Below, one piece after another: positions 27,405 to 38,157 of a DNA stretch of 43,486 nucleotides. Each line of letters starts with the position of its first letter. Positions within the stretch are counted from its first letter, which is position 1. The translations under genes were made by a program, and so were the position numbers. Under the pieces are notes generated by a model, which saw only the letters and a program-made list of their open reading frames with translations, was not told the origin of the DNA and made no database searches. Source of the stretch: a virus (Duplodnaviria; Caudoviricetes); the IMG/VR virus record IMGVR_UViG_3300035105_000308, positions 1 through 43,486 of that record; one strand, 5' to 3'.

Positions 27405-27723
27405 CGCCAAAGATTGTCTGATGAATACGGACGAGTTTGCCGAAGAGGTCGTTTATACGCCTTACGGCGGATCGGCGAAAACCGTCGATGCGATTGTAGT
27501 CCGGGAACAGATCCAGAAAAACGAGCAGGCGTTAGGTCAAATCGGGGAACGGGTTTTTGAATTGTACATATTAAACGATGCCACGTTGGGGGTTACTTCC
27601 GTGAAAAAGGGACAGGATATCGTATCCTTGCCGGTTCTTATCGGGGGATCCTCTGTAAATTTCAGCGTTGTTGACATTATCTCCAAAGACGACGCCTTGT
27701 GGCACTTAAGCATACAGAGGTAA
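27376..27723 (+). CDS. Head-tail joining protein (FII-like)
   Basis: N.DEFAE.V.Y.P motif; position. Confidence 0.65.
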   Translation: MTFQDQTLNDAKDCLMNTDEFAEEVVYTPYGGSAKTVDAIVVREQIQKNEQALGQIGERVFELYILNDATLGVTSVKKGQDIVSLPVLIGGSSVNFSVVDIISKDDALWHLSIQR

Positions 27724-27726
27724 TCG

Positions 27727-28344
27727 ATGGATGTAGGCGTAAAAATTAACACTAATCAGTTAATGAGGGCATATCATTTGGTTCCGAAAGAGCTGGAATA
27801 TGAGCTTAAGGACGCCTTTGACCATCTGAGTCGCAAGTTTCTCAAAGTGTTTAGAAATAAAAGACTATCCGGACCGCCTGGGGTAAAGGCAAGACCGCGC
27901 GGTCTTTTTACTCATTTTAAGAGGAACGTTGTTTTTCGAGGAATGAGAGGCACGGACAGTTATGCCGAAATATATACAGAGTCAAAAATTGCGAAATTAC
28001 ACGAAGAAGGCGGAACGCTCCGGGATCCTTCCGGGGGCAAGATAGCGGTTCCTTTGTCGGCAAGGACGCAGATGTTTACTTCTTCAGGGGCGCTCAGGAA
28101 GCGTTATAAGAACATCGCGGGCCTGCGAAACATAATCCCCAAAATAATCAACGGCAAGGTGTTCCTGGTCAGAGTTAAAAAGCGGGATAAGTCTATCCTG
28201 CCGTTATACGTTTTAAAAAAATCAGTCCGAGTGAAGCCTCGTTTGGAGTTCTATGAGACGTTTCATGCGACAGCGCCTGTGATGTATGGGATTTTAAATA
28301 AGGCTTTTGATAAGGCGTTACAAAAAGGATGGGGTAGAGCGTAA
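27727..28344 (+). CDS. Neck/tail completion protein
   Basis: Basic protein; HEEGG.L, PLYVLKKSV.VKPRL. Confidence 0.6.
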   Translation: MDVGVKINTNQLMRAYHLVPKELEYELKDAFDHLSRKFLKVFRNKRLSGPPGVKARPRGLFTHFKRNVVFRGMRGTDSYAEIYTESKIAKLHEEGGTLRDPSGGKIAVPLSARTQMFTSSGALRKRYKNIAGLRNIIPKIINGKVFLVRVKKRDKSILPLYVLKKSVRVKPRLEFYETFHATAPVMYGILNKAFDKALQKGWGRA

Positions 28345-28808
28345 TGGCGGAAACGGTAAGAGAAAGCATTTTAGCGAACATAAAAACAAAACTATCGGCG
28401 ATAAGTGTCGCTAATGGATACAGGACCGCCGTGGCAAGCGTTCAGAGATGGAATCAGCACGGGAATACGCTGGTGAGCGTACCGTGCATTATAATCTCGG
28501 CCGGTGAGGATAAATGGGACGCAAGCAAGACGCCTGTTATCCGGGCTCAAATGGACGTTGTTCTGACGGCATGGATCCGGCAGGCGGAGGACGATACAAA
28601 CCCCACCGACAAAGTTTTAAACGACCTTTTAGCGGATATTTTCGAGTGTCTATGGGCCGATACCACCCTGGGAGGGAAGGCTATTGACCTGGACTTCGAT
28701 AGCATTTATCCGTTTGAGACGATAGAAGGGAACCCCTTTTCGGGGTTGGAAATAGTGATCAAAGTATTGTACGGATTTCAGCAAAGTGATCCGGAAACAG
28801 TAGGATAA
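28344..28808 (+). CDS. Tail terminator
   Basis: RESIL.NI, NGY, D.TLGG.A; precedes the tail tube gene. Confidence 0.7.
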   Translation: MAETVRESILANIKTKLSAISVANGYRTAVASVQRWNQHGNTLVSVPCIIISAGEDKWDASKTPVIRAQMDVVLTAWIRQAEDDTNPTDKVLNDLLADIFECLWADTTLGGKAIDLDFDSIYPFETIEGNPFSGLEIVIKVLYGFQQSDPETVG

Positions 28809-28823
28809 AAAGGAGGGCACAAA

Positions 28824-29762
28824 ATGAGTTTAATGACAAGAAAAACTGTTTTGTTAGCGAAAAAAGAGACTACTTACGGCCAGGACGCGAGCCCTGTGGG
28901 GAGTGCAGACGGGCTGTTGGTGTCTGACCTGACGATAGAGCCGTCAGCAGAGCTTCTACAGAGGGACTATAACAAAAATTCGTTTACACGGCAGGCTCCG
29001 GTAATGGGGGCCAAACGGAACCAGCTGTCTTTTAAGATCGAGCTCAAAGGTTCCGGGGCTGCCGGAACAGCTCCGGCAATAGGCAAACTCTTGAAAGCGT
29101 GCGGGATGTCGGAAGCCGTTAGTGAAGGGGTTTCTGTAACGTATGCGCCTGAGTCAGACGATGCCAGCGTTGATTCTTTGACTTTTTATGTGCATAAGGA
29201 CGGGATCAAGCACATAGTAACCGGGGCGAGAGGGACCTGGACTATGGATCTCCGGGCGGGCAAATACGGGACGTTGACCTTTACGTTTCACGGTCTTTTC
29301 ACGTCCGTGGTAGACGGAAGCAATCCGACCTTGTCAAACCTGGAATCGACTCTCCCGCAAATCATACAGCAGGCCAGTTTTAGCTGGGGCTCGTATGAAG
29401 CGGTTGCCTCGAAGCTGGATCTCGATTGGGGCGCGAACGTGGTTGCGAGTGAAAGTTTCAACGCGACGAACGGTATATACGCTTTCAGGATTTCCGACAG
29501 GGAAGTCAAGGGATCCTTTAATCCGGACGCGGTTCTTGAAGCCACTCACCCGTTCTGGGGGGACTGGGAAGATGTAACGACCAGGGCGCTTTCGATCGCC
29601 ATTGGGCAGAGCGCAGGGAATATATGCACGATATCCGGGCCGAAATGCGTCAATCTGGGACCGAAGTATGAGGACAGTGACGGGGTTATGGCTTATAACA
29701 TACCGTTTCTGCTTGTAGAGGATTCTACGGATGACGATGAGCTGACGGTAGTGTTTACGTAA
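28824..29762 (+). CDS. Major tail tube protein
   Basis: LAKKETTYG, ELKGSGAAGTAP, GARGT. Confidence 0.8.
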   Translation: MSLMTRKTVLLAKKETTYGQDASPVGSADGLLVSDLTIEPSAELLQRDYNKNSFTRQAPVMGAKRNQLSFKIELKGSGAAGTAPAIGKLLKACGMSEAVSEGVSVTYAPESDDASVDSLTFYVHKDGIKHIVTGARGTWTMDLRAGKYGTLTFTFHGLFTSVVDGSNPTLSNLESTLPQIIQQASFSWGSYEAVASKLDLDWGANVVASESFNATNGIYAFRISDREVKGSFNPDAVLEATHPFWGDWEDVTTRALSIAIGQSAGNICTISGPKCVNLGPKYEDSDGVMAYNIPFLLVEDSTDDDELTVVFT

Positions 29763-29820
29763 TAATGGCCGAGGAAGCCGTTATTTTTTTTCGGGGAATT
29801 TAAAATTTAAGGAGGAAGTT

Positions 29821-30237
29821 ATGGTTAAGGCGATAGATATTGATGCTGTCAGTGAGTATATCTGTAAAGAGGATAGGGAGCTCCCGGAGGAAGAACAGAC
29901 CAGGTGGAAGCTTGGAGTTATAGACTCTCTTTCCCTGGTGAAGATAGATAGATGCGACGTTGAGTTCGATCCTGATTCTAATGAGGCAAAAGTGACCGCG
30001 GATATTCTCGGACGCGAAATGGAGTATGTTCGTTACGGTCTTAAGGGTTGGGATAATTTCAAAGACAAAAACGGGCAGGAAATAAAACCCCGGCTTAATA
30101 CTCTTAGTAAAGGGGGCCGGATTGCCGAGGTTCTGCACGACGATTGTTTGCGTCGGATCCCGAAAAAAATAATAGTTGAGCTGGCTCAGGTTCTCCGTGG
30201 GGAAACAGAGCTTTCAGGGGCTGAACGAAAAAACTGA
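29821..30237 (+). CDS. Tail assembly chaperone (G)
   Basis: Between tube and tape measure; ends in slippery A AAA AAC. Confidence 0.75.
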   Translation: MVKAIDIDAVSEYICKEDRELPEEEQTRWKLGVIDSLSLVKIDRCDVEFDPDSNEAKVTADILGREMEYVRYGLKGWDNFKDKNGQEIKPRLNTLSKGGRIAEVLHDDCLRRIPKKIIVELAQVLRGETELSGAERKN

Positions 30238-30554
30238 GGATGGCGATTCAGGTATCTTCGTTGGACCTGGATTGCCGTAAATGTTCGGAAGCGAATAGAA
30301 AGAATTATGGATGTACCGGGGAACCAGCGATCCCGACCATGTGGGAGTTTGAGGGAGAGTATCTCAAAAAATGTCCGGTACGTTTGTTAAAAAAAGAGAG
30401 CCTATGGTTCATTAAATATTATCGATTTTTCAAGCAGGGTTATCTGGCAAACGACGGTTCGATCGGGCATCAGCCAGCGAAAATGCTGGAGGCATTCACC
30501 GTCATTGATGCCGAAATTGACAAGGTAAGATCGGAGGGGAAGGGTAATGAATAA
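30228..30554 (+). CDS. Tail assembly chaperone -1 frameshift extension (T)
   Basis: The -1 frame from 30228 reads KKLR into the ORF starting at 30240. Confidence 0.7.
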   Translation, partial: KKLRMAIQVSSLDLDCRKCSEANRKNYGCTGEPAIPTMWEFEGEYLKKCPVRLLKKESLWFIKYYRFFKQGYLANDGSIGHQPAKMLEAFTVIDAEIDKVRSEGKGNE

Positions 30555-32529
30555 AAAAGAACTTCAAGCCGTATTAACTCTGAAAGACAGGCTTTCTCCG
30601 CACCTTAGGGGAATAAGGGGGAAGCTCAAAGTTTTTGCGGGCGAGGTAGCCCGTCTTGCCAAGTATGGGTTTATTGCCCTGTCTGCTGCTGTTACCGCTG
30701 CTGCTTTTGCCCTCAAAAAAATGATATCTACCGCGGTGGATTATGGCGTCCAGTTGGATAAAGTCGCAAAACAAACCGGGATTACTACCGAAGAGTTCTC
30801 AAAACTCGCCTACGCTGCCGAACAGGAACACACCAACGTTGAAAGCCTTCAAAAAGCCTTGCCCATAATGGCCAAATATATGGAATATGCCCGGCAGGGG
30901 ATGGTTACGTATTCCAGGGAGTTCGATAAGATGGGGATCACTGTCACGAATGCCCGGGGCGAGCTTAAGTCTACGTATGAGGTTTTGCTTGAAATGTCGG
31001 ACTATTACTCTAAAGCTGAAAATAAAACGCAAGCTTTGGCTATAGCCACCACTCTTTTAGGACGCCGGGGAGCGGAATTGGTTCCTTTGCTCCAACTGGG
31101 GAGAGAAGGCATCGAGGCTTTGGGAGAAGAAGCTTCCCAGCTCGGGATAGTGATGGACCAGAAAACAGCGTCAGCCATGAAGGTGTTTGCGGACAAGGTT
31201 ACTGCTATTAAAACGGGAATCAAAGGGTTCAGCATATCTGTTACAAAGGGCTTGCTCCCGGCAATAACGGTTTTAGCCAATAAAATAAAAAACATTAACT
31301 GGGCCGATGAGCGCGTCCAGATGTGGGCAAAAAAGGTCGTTGTAGGGGTTCTCGACGGGTTGTCTGCTATCTCGCGTTTTGCTCTTGGCGTCCGGACGGT
31401 ATGGCGGGCTTTGATTTATGCCATGACGGTTTTAATCGGTACGATTCTCATAAAGTTCGAAAACTTCAAAATAGCCATAGAAACGCTTAAGATCGGGGTT
31501 TTTTCTGCTGCTCAGAATATCGTTGAGAGTTTAAAAACCGCCGTGGAGAGGATTAAGCCGATAGCGGATATTCTCGGGATTGAGGTGGTTGACAATATCT
31601 ATAACCGTTTGGGGGACGCCGTATCTGATTTTACCGAAAAAATGGACGGCTCAAAAGGGGCGATCGATCAGGCAAAAGAAAACATCAAGGCGTACGGGGC
31701 CGAAATGGAGACCGCTTGGGAAAATGTAAAGAACGCGGGCAAAGAGATAAACGTTGTAGATAACGTGACAAAGGGCTTTATAAAAGACGTGCGAGAAAAC
31801 ACTAAGGTTGTTAAGGAAAACGTCAACGCTATTCGCGCGAATGCCGACGCTTATGAAGATCTGGGAGAATCTACGGAAGAGGCGCGGGAAAAGGTTAAGA
31901 GCTTTCAGGACTATATGAAAGATTGGGCCGACGGGGCGAAGGACGTGGCAAAGAATACGGCCGATATTGTAACGACTACGATGGACGGGATATCATCCGG
32001 GACGGCATCGGCGTTCAGGAAGGCTCTCCAGGAGGGCAAGGACTTCGGGGCATCAATGAAGGCAATGTTTCAGGACCTTCTTTTTGACATAATGGAAATG
32101 CTTATCAAGAGCCAGATCAATCAGGCTCTTGCAGGTCTGTTTAATATCGGGGGTGCTGCCGGCGGGGGAGCCGGCGGAGGCCTTTTAGGCGGTATTTTTG
32201 GCTTTATCGGAAGCCTTTTTGGACATGAAGGCGGTATGGTTACAAAAAAAGGCATTCAGCGGTTTCACAATGGCGGCTGGCCCGGATTAAGGAACGATGA
32301 GGTCCCGGCGATACTCCAGACCGGGGAGAGGGTCCTCAATAGGCGGGAGGCTTCGGAATATTCGGGCAAGGAAAAAGAGCCGCCGATATATAATATAACA
32401 ATCAACGCTGTAGACGCTCAGTCGTTTGCTATGCTGGTCCGGAGAAACCCGGAAGCGATTATCGGAGTTGTGGGAGAGAATATGTCGCGAAACGGATCCT
32501 TGAGAAGCATATCCAGAGCAACAGCATAA
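30547..32529 (+). CDS. Tape measure protein
   Basis: Ala-rich helical protein; C-terminal FHNGG...DEVPAILQTGERVL, NAVDAQSF. Confidence 0.9.
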   Translation: MNKKELQAVLTLKDRLSPHLRGIRGKLKVFAGEVARLAKYGFIALSAAVTAAAFALKKMISTAVDYGVQLDKVAKQTGITTEEFSKLAYAAEQEHTNVESLQKALPIMAKYMEYARQGMVTYSREFDKMGITVTNARGELKSTYEVLLEMSDYYSKAENKTQALAIATTLLGRRGAELVPLLQLGREGIEALGEEASQLGIVMDQKTASAMKVFADKVTAIKTGIKGFSISVTKGLLPAITVLANKIKNINWADERVQMWAKKVVVGVLDGLSAISRFALGVRTVWRALIYAMTVLIGTILIKFENFKIAIETLKIGVFSAAQNIVESLKTAVERIKPIADILGIEVVDNIYNRLGDAVSDFTEKMDGSKGAIDQAKENIKAYGAEMETAWENVKNAGKEINVVDNVTKGFIKDVRENTKVVKENVNAIRANADAYEDLGESTEEAREKVKSFQDYMKDWADGAKDVAKNTADIVTTTMDGISSGTASAFRKALQEGKDFGASMKAMFQDLLFDIMEMLIKSQINQALAGLFNIGGAAGGGAGGGLLGGIFGFIGSLFGHEGGMVTKKGIQRFHNGGWPGLRNDEVPAILQTGERVLNRREASEYSGKEKEPPIYNITINAVDAQSFAMLVRRNPEAIIGVVGENMSRNGSLRSISRATA

Positions 32530-32541
32530 GGAGCTTACAAA

Positions 32542-32883
32542 ATGGCAGATTTCACATATGTGGCAGATAGGGTAGTCGAAGAAGAAGTAATGTTCGACAC
32601 CCTTATCTCCGAGGCAGAAAACGGTTTTGAGCAGAGAAGATCCCGTCGTGAAAGTCCATTGCGAAAGTTTAAGCTTTTTTTCACCAACCGCACAGTTTCG
32701 GAAATGGAAGAAGTAAGAGACTTTTTTATTTCAAAAAAGGGCGCTTTTACAAGCTTTACCTGGGAGAACCCTAACGACTCCACAGAGTATACGGTCAGGT
32801 TCTTAGATGACGCCTTTAAGCAAAAAAGAGTAGCGTTTAATGTATTTTCTTTTAACTTTGAAATATTGGAGGTCCGGGCGTGA
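32542..32883 (+). CDS. Distal tail protein (lambda M-like)
   Basis: ENGFEQR, FF..KKG...SFTW.NP, VRF. Confidence 0.75.
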   Translation: MADFTYVADRVVEEEVMFDTLISEAENGFEQRRSRRESPLRKFKLFFTNRTVSEMEEVRDFFISKKGAFTSFTWENPNDSTEYTVRFLDDAFKQKRVAFNVFSFNFEILEVRA

Positions 32884-33572
32884 GGACACCTGATTCAGTA
32901 TTTATTCAAGAAAAAAACAAACAAGAGAATGCCCCTATACGGCTTTATGAAATAGAGGACTACGACGGGGCCGGAAACAACCTCTATCTCGCCGAAAACG
33001 ACGAAGATGTCTCCTTCGGCACGCTATACTATCTTGCTGACACAGACGGGAATAGGATCACTGATACAGACGGAAACTATATTATTGTTAACTACACGCC
33101 TCAAACAACCTATACCCGGTTCCCGATAATATGCGAAAAAATAAACGAGAACACGCAAGGTGAAATTGACTATGTCAGGGTGACCCTGGCAAATGTGTCT
33201 CAGGTTATCCAGTCTTATTTAAAATCTTATGATTTCCGAGAAAAAAAAGTAACTATAACAACAATATGGAGAAATCATCTTGACAATGAGGATATATCTA
33301 TATCCGACATCTATTATATTGACAGTTATGTTTCCGACATTAAAAACGTTACATTTACGTTAACGAGTAAATTTGACCTTTTAGATGTAGAAATCCCTTT
33401 CAGAAAATATGGGAGAACCTATTGTAGTTGGAAGTTTAAGTCGACTGAATGCGGATATTCTGGAGGAGAATCAAGTTGCAATCGTTCTCTCCAGAGATGT
33501 AGAGAACTAAGTAATGTTTTAAGATTTGGGGGATATCCCTCGGTACCGGCGCGGAGGCTCTTTATACAATGA
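32880..33572 (+). CDS. Minor tail protein (lambda L-like)
   Basis: CSWKFK..ECGY...C......C...RFGGYP. Confidence 0.85.
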   Translation: MRTPDSVFIQEKNKQENAPIRLYEIEDYDGAGNNLYLAENDEDVSFGTLYYLADTDGNRITDTDGNYIIVNYTPQTTYTRFPIICEKINENTQGEIDYVRVTLANVSQVIQSYLKSYDFREKKVTITTIWRNHLDNEDISISDIYYIDSYVSDIKNVTFTLTSKFDLLDVEIPFRKYGRTYCSWKFKSTECGYSGGESSCNRSLQRCRELSNVLRFGGYPSVPARRLFIQ

Positions 33573-33994
33573 TAACTCAAAATAAGCTATGTAAAAAATA
33601 TGTAGGCATTCCGTTTGAACATCGTGGGCGAACGGCGAATGGAATAGATTGTTGGGGCCTGATTATTTTAGCTTATAGAGATATTGGAATAAATATATTG
33701 GATTTAGAAAACTATGAGTATGAATGGGAAAAAAATGGGAAAAATCTTTTTTTACAAAATTATTATGAAAACTGGGAAAAAGTAGACGATTTGAAAGATA
33801 TAAGATTTATGGACCTTTTAATGTTGAAAAATAAATCCGAGATACCTTGTCACGCAGGGCTATATTTAAGCGATGGTAGGTTTCTTCAATGTGCAAATAA
33901 GGTCGGAGTTGTTAACTGTGTGCTGAACGATAATTGGAAAAACAAAATTTATGGTATATATCGATATGTTTCGAATAAGGATAAAAAAATATGA
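33569..33994 (+). CDS. NlpC/P60 tail assembly protein (K-like)
   Basis: YVGIPF...GR...GIDCWGL, HAGLY. Confidence 0.85.
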   Translation: MITQNKLCKKYVGIPFEHRGRTANGIDCWGLIILAYRDIGINILDLENYEYEWEKNGKNLFLQNYYENWEKVDDLKDIRFMDLLMLKNKSEIPCHAGLYLSDGRFLQCANKVGVVNCVLNDNWKNKIYGIYRYVSNKDKKI

Positions 33995-36900
33995 TAAAAA
34001 TTATATGGATACCTAATATTGTTGATTCAAAAAACAGAAAAGAACGGGTATTTAAATATAACCGGGATTTAACTATTAAGGATTATATGCAAAAAGCTGG
34101 AATAAATCTTGATAAAAACAAGGTTATATTATCTGGTAAAAAAATAGAAGATCTGACGTTAAAGCCCAAAAAAAACGAAGATATCATTATTACTCCGGAT
34201 GTTGAATTGTTTTCTACGGTAGCTGGAATGTTTTGGTTTTGGGGAAGCAGTTTGATATATGGAGCGCTACAAATAGCTGCTGTGTCTGGTATGGTAGCTT
34301 ATGGAATATATTCTATGGTATCAAATCCGCGAAAACCTGTTTTAAATACTGCGACACCAAATAGCCCCAGGGGGATAGATGAAAGCTCTCCAACTTATGG
34401 ATGGGATGGAATACAAACAATTCAGGATGTGGGCGTTCCTGTTCCAATCCTTTATGGCGAGCACAAAGTAGGTGGAAATATAATAAATTCATTTATCAGG
34501 TATGATGGGGACGACAGCTATCTTAATGTTTTATTGTCATTATGTGAAGGAGAAGTATATTCAATATCAGATGTGAAAATAAATGAAAATCCAGCGAGCA
34601 ATTATGACGATGTTACGACAACCACAAGAATGGGAACAAATTCTCAGTCAGCAATTGATAATTTTGAAGACGCGCACAATATTTACAGCGTCAATGTGGA
34701 CCTACCAAAAGACAACCCATATGTTTATACAACAGTTGACAATGATGTTGAGGCTTTGGAAATACATTTATCGTGTCCTGGAGGTTTATTTTCTATTTCC
34801 GGAGAAGGCGGTATGGGAAGCTCTAATGTTACCTATAAAATTGAGTATAAGGTTCACACAGATCCAGCCTATACAGATCTTGGAGAGACTACGGTTTCGG
34901 CATCTTCGAGATCTGCTGTAAGGAGAATATATCGTATAGAGGGCCTTTCTCCAGAACAATATGACGTAAGAGTAACTAAAACGTCAGAAGATAGTGGCAC
35001 GGAAAATCAAAGGGATTTAAAGTGGGTACAAATAGATGAAATTAAAACAGACAATTTATCATATCCTAATACAGCCTTGCTTGGTATAGAGGCGATGGCC
35101 ACTAATCAACTTTCAGGCAGTATGCCTAATTTTAGCTGTATAGTTAAAGGTCGAAAAGTATCAGCGCCAGTGATAATGAACGGAGCCGTTCAGATAGATT
35201 GGGAAGACTACTATTGGGATTCCAGTTCAAGTCAGTTTAAATTACTATCGGACGATACCGTTTTATCCTGGGACGGGACCTCATATTCAGAGCAATATTG
35301 TGCAAATCCAATTTGGTGCATAAAGGATCTTTTAACTAATTCACGGTATGGCCTTGGAGAGTTTATTACATCATCTTTTATGAGCGATACACAGCTTGTT
35401 GAAATGGCAAAATACTGCGAAGAAAAATTGGACGATGGAAATGGGGGGTATGAGAAACGATTCCGGTTGGATGTAGTCATCGATGGCGGGGGGAAAGCCC
35501 TGGACGTTATATCTCAGCTGGCTACTGTTTTCAGGGGGCTTCCGTTCTATTCCGCAGGCAATATTAACCTTCGGATAGATAAGCCGGGGACCCCGGTCCA
35601 GGTCTTTGGGATGGGCAATATTTTAAAAGATACCTTTAATCAAAGCTGGAAGTCCATCAAAGAAAAACCTAACGTTGTTGAAGTTCAGTATTTAAATAAG
35701 GATAAAGATTATAAGCAGGAAACTATCGGATACATCGATGAGGCAGCAATAACCGCTGGGGATCCTTTACGCAAAAAAACAGTTAAATTATTCACGACTC
35801 GGACCAGTCAGGCTATGCGTGAAGCCAGATATGCTCTCAAAGTAGCCAAGTATATCGACCGTACCATTAATTTTAAGGCCAGCATCGATGCTATCGCGTG
35901 CCAGGCGGGGGATCTTATTGCGGTATCACACGACGTTTTAAATATTGGCTCAAGCGGAAGGGTCTTGACGGGGGGCACTACTACCTCGGTCCCTTTAGAC
36001 CAATCAGTTACTTTGCAGGCTGGAGAAACATATAAGCTCAGGATCCAGTTTTCAGACGATACAATTGAGGAAAAAACCGTCAGTACAGGGTCCGGCACAC
36101 ATAGCACAATAGAAGTTGTCGGGGATCCTTTTACATCCGCGCCATCAGCATATGATAAGTATATGATAGGCACGTCCGAAACTGTAAAAGAGGATTTTCG
36201 TATTATTTCAATGTCTAAGGACAATAAGTTCGAAGTTGATATAACGGCAATTGCATATGATGAAGATGTTTATGATGATACCGCGGTGACTTTACCTGAG
36301 GATAATACCAGTAATCCTGATTATACTATCCCACCAGTATCCGACCTGCAGTTGAATGAACGAATTTATACTCGAGATGATGGGACCGTAGAATCGGCTA
36401 TTGATGTCTATTTTTTGAAGCCGGACCTATCGGACTATAGCGAAGCGAATAGGTATAAAGGGGCAAATGTTTATATCCGGGAGGATTCCGATGCCGCGTG
36501 GAGGTTCGCAGGATATACCGAGTCTGACCACCTTCAAATAACAGGGAACCTGTCAGTGGGTACAACTTATTATATTTGCGTGACCAGCGTGCCTTATGAG
36601 GGCAATGAGACCGCAAAAAGTACAGCTCCCAATGACAGTATAACCCTTGCCGGAAAAACTTCGGCTCCGTCAGACGTGACTAATTTTGACTATGATTTTA
36701 CAGATGAGCTGCTTTTGACGTGGGACAAAGTGTCTGACGCGGATATTGCTGGATATGAAATTAGAGACACGGACAGCAGCTGGGGGGTAGACAATCCGGA
36801 CTTGGTATATCGCGGGGCAGTCAATAGCTATACTTACAGGCCGGGAACGCGGTCACCAGGGACGCTTAATATAAAAGCGTATAACACCAGCGGGGTATAT

Positions 36901-38157
36901 TCAGATAATGCCGTAACTGTTACCCCGACAAACTCGGCCCCTGGAGCACCTACAGGCTTTGCGTCAACGGTATTTTTTAATATCGCTCAGCTTGACTGGT
37001 CGGACGTGGCCGACGCTGATATCCAATACTATGAGGTTTACCGATCAGAGTCTAACGCCTGGACGGGGGAAGAAGCTCTGGAGTGTAAGGTGTCCGGGAA
37101 AATGGCCATAGTGGAGGCGAGGAAACCCACCGATGGGGAGGCAGACAGCGCTACAGATAGTACCGTGGTTGATGCGGATCTTATCGGGGAGGACGACGAC
37201 TTTTGCGTTGGGGATATTATAAAGATTTCTACCGGGGATAACGCCGGTGAAGAAAAAACAATTACAGAGTTTGACGGAGATACTGGGACGATAACTATAT
37301 CCGGTACCTGGAGCACTAATCCCAGCGCCACGGATAAGTTTTATATCTACGACAAGTCATATTTCAAGGTTCGGGCGGTAGACAGCTATGGCAACGGAAC
37401 GTTTTCCTCGTCGCTGGCTGTGGCTTTTGAAACCCTTACCGAAGCATCCTTGGGCGACAATATAGTAACGGCCAGAAAGGTTACGACAGGGGAGCTTATA
37501 ACTTTGGCAGCGCAGATCAAAGACGCCATTATAACCGCGGCTAAAATAGCCGATGCAACCATAACAAATGCAAAGATAGCCAACGGGACAATCGAAAACG
37601 CTAAGATAAAAGACGGAACCATAGAAAGTGCAAAAATATCATCATTAGATGCAAATAAAATCTCGGCATCTCAGCTTGACGCAATTACAGCTAATACGGG
37701 AACTCTATCGGTAGATGAAGAAATAACCGTTGGAGAAAATACGATAATTGATGGTGACAATGAAGTTATAAAAGTTTACAGCGACAATATTACGATTGAA
37801 AGCAATGTAAATGATATGCTCGATTGGCTTGAAAATGATGGAACAGATCATACATATGCAACAACATTGACAGCCGGTGATTACACTCCTGCGGACCTCG
37901 CTACGCATATACAGACGTTAATGAGAACCGCGGGTGATAGCAACACAACCGTAACGTGGGACTCGACTACAAAGAAATTTACAATAGCAAATTCAACGTT
38001 ATCTGCACTTACCTTGGAATGGTCTACCGGCGCAAATGATTCAGAAAATTGCGGACAAGCATTAGGGTTTGATATAACAGCGGACGATTCAGGATCGCTA
38101 TCATATACAGGGGATGAAGAGGCAACTTTACGAGTCAAATTGGGGAAACTATCATAA
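33991..38157 (+). CDS. Tail tip/host-specificity protein (J-like, fused I-like N-terminus)
   Basis: PVPILYGE, YPNTALLG, NP.W...DLLTN.RYGLG, FN3-like repeats, IT.AKI repeats. Confidence 0.9.
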   Translation: MIKIIWIPNIVDSKNRKERVFKYNRDLTIKDYMQKAGINLDKNKVILSGKKIEDLTLKPKKNEDIIITPDVELFSTVAGMFWFWGSSLIYGALQIAAVSGMVAYGIYSMVSNPRKPVLNTATPNSPRGIDESSPTYGWDGIQTIQDVGVPVPILYGEHKVGGNIINSFIRYDGDDSYLNVLLSLCEGEVYSISDVKINENPASNYDDVTTTTRMGTNSQSAIDNFEDAHNIYSVNVDLPKDNPYVYTTVDNDVEALEIHLSCPGGLFSISGEGGMGSSNVTYKIEYKVHTDPAYTDLGETTVSASSRSAVRRIYRIEGLSPEQYDVRVTKTSEDSGTENQRDLKWVQIDEIKTDNLSYPNTALLGIEAMATNQLSGSMPNFSCIVKGRKVSAPVIMNGAVQIDWEDYYWDSSSSQFKLLSDDTVLSWDGTSYSEQYCANPIWCIKDLLTNSRYGLGEFITSSFMSDTQLVEMAKYCEEKLDDGNGGYEKRFRLDVVIDGGGKALDVISQLATVFRGLPFYSAGNINLRIDKPGTPVQVFGMGNILKDTFNQSWKSIKEKPNVVEVQYLNKDKDYKQETIGYIDEAAITAGDPLRKKTVKLFTTRTSQAMREARYALKVAKYIDRTINFKASIDAIACQAGDLIAVSHDVLNIGSSGRVLTGGTTTSVPLDQSVTLQAGETYKLRIQFSDDTIEEKTVSTGSGTHSTIEVVGDPFTSAPSAYDKYMIGTSETVKEDFRIISMSKDNKFEVDITAIAYDEDVYDDTAVTLPEDNTSNPDYTIPPVSDLQLNERIYTRDDGTVESAIDVYFLKPDLSDYSEANRYKGANVYIREDSDAAWRFAGYTESDHLQITGNLSVGTTYYICVTSVPYEGNETAKSTAPNDSITLAGKTSAPSDVTNFDYDFTDELLLTWDKVSDADIAGYEIRDTDSSWGVDNPDLVYRGAVNSYTYRPGTRSPGTLNIKAYNTSGVYSDNAVTVTPTNSAPGAPTGFASTVFFNIAQLDWSDVADADIQYYEVYRSESNAWTGEEALECKVSGKMAIVEARKPTDGEADSATDSTVVDADLIGEDDDFCVGDIIKISTGDNAGEEKTITEFDGDTGTITISGTWSTNPSATDKFYIYDKSYFKVRAVDSYGNGTFSSSLAVAFETLTEASLGDNIVTARKVTTGELITLAAQIKDAIITAAKIADATITNAKIANGTIENAKIKDGTIESAKISSLDANKISASQLDAITANTGTLSVDEEITVGENTIIDGDNEVIKVYSDNITIESNVNDMLDWLENDGTDHTYATTLTAGDYTPADLATHIQTLMRTAGDSNTTVTWDSTTKKFTIANSTLSALTLEWSTGANDSENCGQALGFDITADDSGSLSYTGDEEATLRVKLGKLS

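Noticed and set aside
32990-33085. Duplicated DTDGN motif in the L-like gene
   Set aside because: Short in-frame peptide repeat common in phage structural proteins
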